Part shown: piece by piece, positions 56,450 to 64,000 of the stretch
Layout of the letters: each line of letters opens with the position of its first letter
How positions within the stretch are numbered: the stretch's first letter is position 1
Source: Azolla caroliniana
Lineage: Eukaryota > Plantae > Polypodiophyta
Direction: 5' to 3'
NCBI GenBank assembly: GCA_043228905.1
Contig: JBHGNT010000012.1
Span: 1,674,001-1,738,000, forward strand
DNA length: 64,000 nucleotides
Notes under the pieces: model-generated
What the model was told of the DNA's origin: nothing
Database searches by the model: none
The model's input: only the letters and a program-made list of their open reading frames with translations
Program-made: the position numbers and the translations under genes

Positions 56450-57485
56450 AAAAAATGAGGAGAATGATTTTGTGCCAACAGACCCAATTCCACGTGTTAT
56501 TGATCATATTTCCTGCTGTCTGGGCATATGAGCTAGCACCACTGGCTGATAAAAAAGAGGCGACACTCCCAATCCATAGGTTGTCCTTATGGAATTGGAT
56601 GGTTGATGTAATCCAGATGTCCAAGAAGTGTAAAAAGGTGTTAGACTCAGTTTGCCAAATTCCATCATCGCAAATTAATATCACAACAAGTTCATACTTG
56701 AGTAACAACAACTACATTCAAAAGACAAGAAAAGGTTATAATGCATAGAAATATACACCTTGAACAAATCCTTCATGCTTATCAAACATATCGATAAGAC
56801 TTTGTTGGGAAACAAGTCCTTCCAGATGGGAAGGAAAGCACGAGCCCGATTGGAGGGAGTCGATTAAATACCGACGGGAGGGATAAGCCAAATCAGTTGA
56901 TAGCTAACTCAGCCGAGTCCGATATGCCGATTCCGAAAAATCGACTAACCGATAATCGATCGGTAACCGATTCGGGCTGAATTCGACGGGGCTATATTTG
57001 TAAATAGCATAAATGTGCCCTTAGTAGGCTATATTTGTAAATAGCCCATATAGTGTATGAGTATAAATACACTTAGGGCAAATCATTATATGCGTGATGA
57101 ATCATTAGTGTAAGAGAGTGTAAGAGAGAAAGGGAGAGCGAGTATAACTTCTGTGGACAAAGTAGAACTCAAGGTTGTTGCCTTGTAGTTTCTTGTTGTA
57201 CATTCCTCTTACATATAGTGATTTTCTTGGAGTTTGTGGACTCATGTGGTTTTTCCCTATCAGGGTTTCCGCGTTAAAAATACTTGTCTCTGTACATTCA
57301 TTTTCTGTCTTATGTTTTGTGTCATTTCGATCTTTGCAATTGCGTACGCACGTGTATCAACCGGTTGTGGCCTGTAGTATCCTCATCAGACTTCTCATTT
57401 GATAAACTCATAGTTGGATAACACCTTCGAGAAGGTAAGCCAAGATCCAAGTTTTTTTATTGGAAACTAAGACCCTTGACCCCAT
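56450..57485 (-). pseudogene. COPA: Coatomer alpha subunit (alpha-COP) N-terminal WD40 pseudogene fragment, split by a solo LTR
   Basis: VKGLSF / WILAYLLEGVIQL*VYQMRSLIDMFDKHEGFVQGV / [11 protein letters not shown] / TIQFHKDNLWI / WNW match alpha-COP ([59 protein letters not shown]). Stops and frameshifts present. Confidence 0.85.
56803..57388 (+). mobile_element. Solo LTR (586 bp)
   Basis: TGTTGGG...CCTCATCA ends, perfect 5-bp TSD GACTT, TATAAATA box, copia-like U5 motif GTGGTTTTTCCC..AGGGTTTCC.CGT.AAA. Confidence 0.93.
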
Positions 57486-59511
57486 GCCGTTGACATCATC
57501 ACCATTGGTGTAGCTGTTGTCTTGCTTGTTGTGTAATCTGTCATTTTGGCCGCCAAGGGAATCATCGTTATCATTATTTTGCTTGGTAAGTAGGTGGTGA
57601 TGGTGGGTTTTAGTCTGACAGTTCCAATGCTGTAGATACATCATACAACCATGGTGGTGGTGGCTGAGTTGGCTGCCAAACCAGCAACTATCACAACTCC
57701 TACCATTTGAGATAGAGTTGAGATGGGCACATTACATGAGGCATTGGACTAGGTTTGAACGCTCAAAAAAGTCATGCTGCAAATGAACGGTTGGGATCTA
57801 GGCCAAGTTGAGCTAGGCGGGGCTGGTTAGGGCAGATTGGTAATCAAGATACTAATTGAGAGCAAGACCACAATCACAGTCTGAGGTTGAGGCTGGTTGG
57901 AGTGGTATGAAGGAGAGCAGATGCCATGACCAGAGCAGTTGCCTGCTTGAAGGGGCTTAGCTTCAAATGCTCCTCAATGTGCTTGGTTTTTTCAATTTAA
58001 CCTTTTCTTCTTACTCGAGTTTTGTTGATAATTAGATTGCCTTGTTAATCAGGTTGTTTCTTTAAACGATGTCAGTAAGTGCTACTACCGTAGCATCCAT
58101 TTCCTGACCACAATCAATCCTTTTATGATCATCGCATCTTGATCACAGATCTATATTAGTTCAAAACCCTTTGCAATTTCATCGGTTTAAGGGAATGATT
58201 AGACGCATCAAGCGCGAAACACTCTTGCGCTATTCTCGAACATTAAATAGGTAAGCAAATGAGATTACTCCACTGAATCATGGTGAAGAACAAGGTCCAA
58301 GTAGGTCATTTTGGGTATGCAGATTTCGCGATACAGGAGGAGCCAGAAGCCAGGCTACAATGCTATACTGCCCTTGATAATTAGATTTGGTGATACAGGA
58401 GGAATTTTGTTGATAATTAGATTGCTTTAACTACTCAAAGACTAGAAGAAAACCTTGACTACCACTACCTCTGCTCTCAAACGATCCGAAAGGGAATCCA
58501 TAAACTCGTGTCCTAGGTCACCCTTCCCATGGTAGGGTTTGAAACAACAAACAACTCTTACCAATGGATATATTGATTTCTAAAATATTGGATATAATTT
58601 CTACAAATGTAAATCCAATTTTACAAATTTAAGAGAAGGTTTTACTGCACTTGGTAAAACGAAAACAAATCTAACAATGGATACACGCAAAGGTCAGATT
58701 CCGACTTCTTGTTTCTTTTCAAAGGAAAAAACCGTTCTGGTCAGAAAGGTTACCTGTTAAAGGACGTAGAAAGACTGAGTTTGAAACAAAGAAGGAATTC
58801 AAAGGTTGATGGAGATCTCCAAACACCATCAAGAACGAGGAGAAGGGAAGGGCCTCCTGATTTTCTTCAAGATTGATCTTTCAAAACAGAGGGAAGTAGG
58901 AAGAAAATGAAGAATCTCTTCTTATCTTCTTCTTGTTTTGTACGAAGAAAACGTAAGCTATTGCCATCAGGAGACCAAACAACAACCTTCCATTTCAGAA
59001 TACCGAAGCTCTAAAACAAAGGCAAATATGAAGAAAATGAAGAACCTCTTTTTCTTCTTCTTCTTTAAGCTTCTTCTTCTTCAGACAACAGAAGCCATTG
59101 ACATGACAAGACCAAAAGACATTTTTCGACTCCAGAATATTGAGCCTTGAGAATGAATCTAAGTATCAAGAAGATGAAAAATGTCCTTCCCTCCTCCTCC
59201 TCCTTCCTTCAAACGAAAAACAGACAAAACAACACCTTTCACCCCCTCTAGAAATTTGAGGCTTCTTTTGAAACCTAAGAAATGGCAAACCTCTTCTTCT
59301 CCTCCTCCTCCATCTTCGTCTTCTTCTTTTCCGTCGTCATCGATCAGACGCCATCGCCATCGCTAGCGCACAGGCGGCCAGCAGAGATTTAATTCTCTTC
59401 CACTTCCAAAAACCCTAGGAATTTAAAAAAAAAAAGAAAAAGAAAAAGAAAAGGAGCGGAACGATATGCAGTGGCAGCTCCAGTCAGATCATCCTACTAT
59501 TTCCCAAGAAT

Positions 59512-60008
59512 GGTCGAGTTTTCCTCTTCGGGAATGCCTGCACACACACAGAAGGAATCGTGTTTCCTTTTCGGGAATGGCTGCACACGCTAGAAAGATC
59601 GAGGTTTTCCTCTTCGGGAATGTCTTCATATATTTAGAAGGGATCGAGTTTTTCCTCTTCGGGAATGTCTGCATATACTTAAAAGGGATGGATGGAGTTT
59701 CCTCTTCGGGAATGTCTCCACATGCAAGAAGGATCCAGTTTTTTCTCTTCGGGAATGTCTACATATACTTAGAATGGATCGAGTTTCCTCTTCGGGAATG
59801 TCTGCACCATATGAGAAGAATTCAGTTTTTCCTCTTCAAGAATGTCGGCATATACTTATAAAGGGATCGAGTTTCCTCGTCACGAATGTTTGCACATACA
59901 AGAAGGATCCAGTTTTCCCTCTTTGGGAATGTCTGCACATACTTCTTCGCTTAACCTTTCAATCCCGGAAAACGCTCCCACAAATTAACGGTTCGGATTG
60001 TGGGAGTC
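59512..60008. repeat. 10 x ~43 bp tandem repeat (GATCGAGTTTCCTCTTCGGGAATGTCTGCA..) followed by a hairpin; probable DNA-transposon end
   Basis: Alternating A/B unit variants; CTCCCACAA-N14-TTGTGGGAG stem at ~59974-60006. Confidence 0.8.
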
Positions 60009-61393
60009 CTTTGTCAACTGTAGCTTTCATAAATAATGAATCATGGGGATCATCGAATAGGGTGATGTTGATTTATCCCAACCACTCATCACGGCACGTG
60101 CCCATTATATTGATCGATTTTACAAATTCGTCGAGATCTACATGCAATTCAATTTGTTTCACGAATATGATCATGCAATGCTTAACCAATTGATTCATTC
60201 ATGGCATCCCACTTGATTTTAATCTAGCCGTTTAATGGGACATTATTTACTCAGTAGTCATAATCTCGTCTTAGGATCGTTGGGAAGATCTTAGTAGCAC
60301 GTAGAAGTGGGGCTTTCAAGCACATGATGATGGATGTATAAGTTGATACCTAGGAAAACATCCTCAACTATAGAAGCCCGCAAATGTATACAATTTTTCT
60401 TATAAAAAATCGATAGTGTTATGCAATTTGTTGGCTTGGGTTTGTTGGATGTGTGCTCCATCTTTCTTTTCACAATTTTTTGAACATTCTATTGGTAACT
60501 ATTACAATTGAAATTTAGATAGCATTGTAAGGAATTGATGTTAGTTTGGTAATCTTGTATAGCTTAGCCCTAGTAGACCCTAAATCCACATGGAATCCCT
60601 TTTATTGATACCAATTTTATATGCCCTTTTTTTGGTATCGAAGAAAGTATTTCACTTGTAAGGATATCATCAATGTCTCTCAATTTTCGCAAACTAGCCC
60701 TACTCCTATCAATCATAATATTTTGATTTATGTGTGCCTTCCATTACTTTCATTTTCTAGCACTTCGTTACCATCAACTTTTTAAGTAAAATTCAACTAC
60801 AGTGTTAGCTACAATTAGATGCAAACATCGTCCTCGATGTGATAGGATTGTAATCTCCTAAAGTTTTAATTCAATTTTATATCACAAAGAACAATTAATT
60901 CAAAACACAAGTTCATGTACAAGATTGGGATTTAGCTCAAGGCCTAGTCACTAATCTCAACGGCTTATGGTGTGGATACTATGAATGGAAATAAGCCTAA
61001 ACTACCATCATCACATTAGAGGGTACCCAATAAATATGCTGGAATGGGCAGGGAAATAAGGGTGGTTATCTATCTCTCTACTAGCTAACCAACCAAACCT
61101 TGGTCTTCACAGTAGCTCCCAATAACTTACATATACGGTCATACCACTTGGCCATACACTACTATTCTCTTATGATTTATCGATCGAGATAGAAGAACGA
61201 ATTTGTATTGGAATAGAAATTTTTAGTTCCAACCAGGACGCATTTGCACTGCCTAATGCAATAATTATGCCCCATAATTGATCAAGTTTTTAAAACACGT
61301 GCAATAAAAAGGTAGGAAAAAGTATTCAAAGTTGTAAGCATGTTTTCGATGTCAAAACAAGATCGCGGAACCATTTAAAGTTATCAAACACAA

Positions 61394-64000
61394 TCATTTT
61401 GCATTAGAACTGGCTGCATAAATGTTAGACATGAGAACACATGCAACAATATCGTCACTATGATCCTCCTCTGTTTCCATCAGACAACTATATGCTACAT
61501 GTGCAATGGCAATGTTGTCATTGTGCTTCACACATGAACTAAGCAAGACTACCCACACTACAGGATTAGGTTGAAATGGCATGTTTAGAGCTACTTTTTC
61601 TGACATATCCAAGCATCCGAGGCGACCAAACATGTCAATAATGCATATGTAGTGTTCGATGGTTGGTACAATATTGTTATTTTCTGTTACTGAAAGAAAA
61701 CAATGTAGGGCTTCTTCAGTGAGGCCCGAATGACTACAAGCATAAAGAAGACACAAAACAAAGGGACTATCTGGCAATATGCCCATTCCTTGCATAGTCA
61801 CAAGGTATTGATCCACCATATCGACAAGACCATGCTCTGCAAAGCATGTAACTATTATAGACCATGATATCACATCCTTATTCTCTAACTCTTCAAATAT
61901 TTCACGCGCATAGTCTACATTACCACATTTTGCATACATCTCTATTAGAGCATTCTGAATATTTGGATCAGATTCGAGCCCTAACTTTTGAATCTCCGCA
62001 TGGATAAAGAGAGCCTTGTGTGAACTTGTCAGAATGGAACATAGCTTTACCAAAAGGCATAGATATGTTATCTCATTTGGCTGGGTTGGATCATCTTCTT
62101 GCATTCTCTCAATGACTTCCATCACCTTATTAGTAGAGCATATGTAATCATGAATATGAGAAAGGAAAGTTGAATCTAGAGGACAAGAATTGTGAAAGAC
62201 ATTATATGCATCAATAAGGCTGCCACATTTAGCATACATGTGAACCAAGGAAATCCCCTGTAATGGATCTAACTCAAGCCCTTGTTTTTCCATATAAACA
62301 TGAATTGTTCTCCCATATTCTAATGCTCCCAGCTTTGTGCATGCCTTGAGAATGCATACGCATGTGATTGAATCTGGCCAAAGTTTTTCATCTTGCATTC
62401 TTTGAAAGAGATGTAGAGCCAATTCATGATCACCATTCCCCACATAACCAGAAATCATGGCAGAAAAGGCCACAGTAGTATTATTATTATACATAGACAT
62501 CACCTCAAAGATTTTGTAAGCATCTTCTAAACTACCACACCTCACAAACATGTTAATTGATGCACTTCCAAGTAAAGCATCCATGTCAAGACCTTCTTGC
62601 ACAATGGCCCCATATACTAGTATGGAGTCATTAAGCACTGACATATTTGTGCAAGCTTTCACAACAGATAAGTATGAAACTTTGTCAGGTTTATTATCAT
62701 GCCACAATTTGGAAAACAGTTGAAATGCTTTAAAACTTTGGCTACAGTTAGCATACCCAGAAATCAATGAAGAAAATGAGACTATATCGCGCACTAGAAG
62801 ATTGTCAAACATGTTCTGGGCGCATTCCAATTCACCAGACTTTATGTACATTTCAACTATACTATTTACAACAAATGGATTTGTATTGAGCTTCTGTTCA
62901 ACTACATCAGTATGTATTAACAATCCAAAACATAATGCAGCTCCTTTCGCACATGCTTGCAGCATACACACATACATGTATTCATCTGGTTTAATATCTT
63001 TCATCAACATATTTATGTAAAGTTCATTAGCTTCCTTAATAAGGCCATGATCCACATATCCCTTTACCATAGTAGAAAAAAGTGCCACATCTTGTGGGTG
63101 CTTTGCAAATACATAATGTGCATCACTAATAGAGCTGCATTTTACATACAAGTCAACCAATGAACATCTGATACATAAGTTTAACTCCAATCCTAATTTT
63201 ATGGCATCATCATGCATGAGCCTAACCTCTTCTAAGTCTTTACAGCCTTTGATTAGTGAAACGAATGTCACCTCATTAGGGTTTACCCCCTCCTCTTTCA
63301 TCTTGCCAAGTAGTCGAAGGGCTTCATCAGCACATCCATGGTCAGTTAAACTCACAATCATTATATCCCATGATACTAGATCTCGTTTTGATAATGGTAT
63401 TTCATCAAAGACCTTCTGAGCATCATGGAACCTATTACATTTGACATACATCTTCACCAGAGTGCTCGAAAGCCGAATATCAGATTCAAGACCTCTTTGC
63501 ACAATATGCGAATGAAGATTGTCACCTTGCGACATCAAACATGAAGTGGCGCATAGGCTCAGGAGTGTGATGATGGTGGCCTTATTTGGTTGCATCCCTT
63601 GCCTATGCATCTCTTCTACCATTTCAAATGCTTGTAACGAGTATCCATGTTTAGCATATCCACCAATCAAGACCGACCATGACACATCATCTTGAGTGCT
63701 AAGACAGTTAAATACACAAGAAGCATCTCTCATACTTCCATAGCTAGCATAGGTTCCCACAAGAGAGCTTCCAATGAAGCCATTCCCATCGACACCTTGC
63801 TCTATAACATCGACATGGATGAGCATGCCATACTCAAATAGTGAGAATGGTGAACTAACACATGCTTTAAGAACCACTACAAAAGTATGGCAGCTTGGGT
63901 TGACATAGAAAAGCAACATCTGTTGATAGAGAACAAGAGCAAGATCACCATGGCCATGGTCCACATATGCAGAAATGATTGTGGTCCAAGCATATACATT
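61394..64000 (-). CDS. PLS-class pentatricopeptide-repeat protein with truncated E domain (organellar RNA-editing factor type); 5'-partial, intronless
   Basis: Repeated P-L-S motifs (LVDLYVKC, MYAKCG, VSWS..I.GY), ACSHSGL..EHYICIIDMFGRLG, MPFQPNPVVW..LL..C, VLMSNIYA. The frame stays open to the window edge. Confidence 0.95.
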   Translation of the reverse strand, partial: NVYAWTTIISAYVDHGHGDLALVLYQQMLLFYVNPSCHTFVVVLKACVSSPFSLFEYGMLIHVDVIEQGVDGNGFIGSSLVGTYASYGSMRDASCVFNCLSTQDDVSWSVLIGGYAKHGYSLQAFEMVEEMHRQGMQPNKATIITLLSLCATSCLMSQGDNLHSHIVQRGLESDIRLSSTLVKMYVKCNRFHDAQKVFDEIPLSKRDLVSWDIMIVSLTDHGCADEALRLLGKMKEEGVNPNEVTFVSLIKGCKDLEEVRLMHDDAIKLGLELNLCIRCSLVDLYVKCSSISDAHYVFAKHPQDVALFSTMVKGYVDHGLIKEANELYINMLMKDIKPDEYMYVCMLQACAKGAALCFGLLIHTDVVEQKLNTNPFVVNSIVEMYIKSGELECAQNMFDNLLVRDIVSFSSLISGYANCSQSFKAFQLFSKLWHDNKPDKVSYLSVVKACTNMSVLNDSILVYGAIVQEGLDMDALLGSASINMFVRCGSLEDAYKIFEVMSMYNNNTTVAFSAMISGYVGNGDHELALHLFQRMQDEKLWPDSITCVCILKACTKLGALEYGRTIHVYMEKQGLELDPLQGISLVHMYAKCGSLIDAYNVFHNSCPLDSTFLSHIHDYICSTNKVMEVIERMQEDDPTQPNEITYLCLLVKLCSILTSSHKALFIHAEIQKLGLESDPNIQNALIEMYAKCGNVDYAREIFEELENKDVISWSIIVTCFAEHGLVDMVDQYLVTMQGMGILPDSPFVLCLLYACSHSGLTEEALHCFLSVTENNNIVPTIEHYICIIDMFGRLGCLDMSEKVALNMPFQPNPVVWVVLLSSCVKHNDNIAIAHVAYSCLMETEEDHSDDIVACVLMSNIYAASSNAK

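Noticed and set aside
59512-59945. CRISPR-like regularly spaced repeats
   Set aside because: Linkers are short and homologous to each other rather than unique spacers; no cas genes; the context is eukaryotic.

Overview
Eukaryotic land-plant nuclear DNA, AT- and microsatellite-rich. The long PLS-type PPR gene and the LINE type suggest a fern or other non-seed plant, but this is inference. Intact genes: an OTU-like cysteine protease (+, 20162-22866), tRNA-Asp(GTC) (-), a 9-exon calcium-dependent protein kinase (-, 24485-27960), a small Tat-type thylakoid-lumen protein with a probable GC-AG intron (-), a chloroplast membrane zinc-ribbon protein (+), and a 5'-partial PLS-PPR gene (-). The rest is largely transposable-element (TE) derived. 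It includes a chimeric Ty1/copia element lacking reverse transcriptase (RT), a 5'-truncated RTE-X-like LINE with dispersed copies of its 3' hairpin tail, two hAT-type MITEs, Gypsy and L1 relics, and a solo LTR inside an alpha-COP pseudogene. The most striking object is a ~7.85 kb Mutator-like element (28612-36461) inserted in a (TATG)n microsatellite just upstream of the CDPK. It has long terminal inverted repeats (TIRs), an 8-9 bp target-site duplication (TSD), a transposase with an unusual integrase-H2C2-like N-terminus, an antisense captured host-gene segment, and an unrecognised zinc-finger accessory gene with a diverged paralog immediately outside the element. All calls were made by eye, with no database searches.
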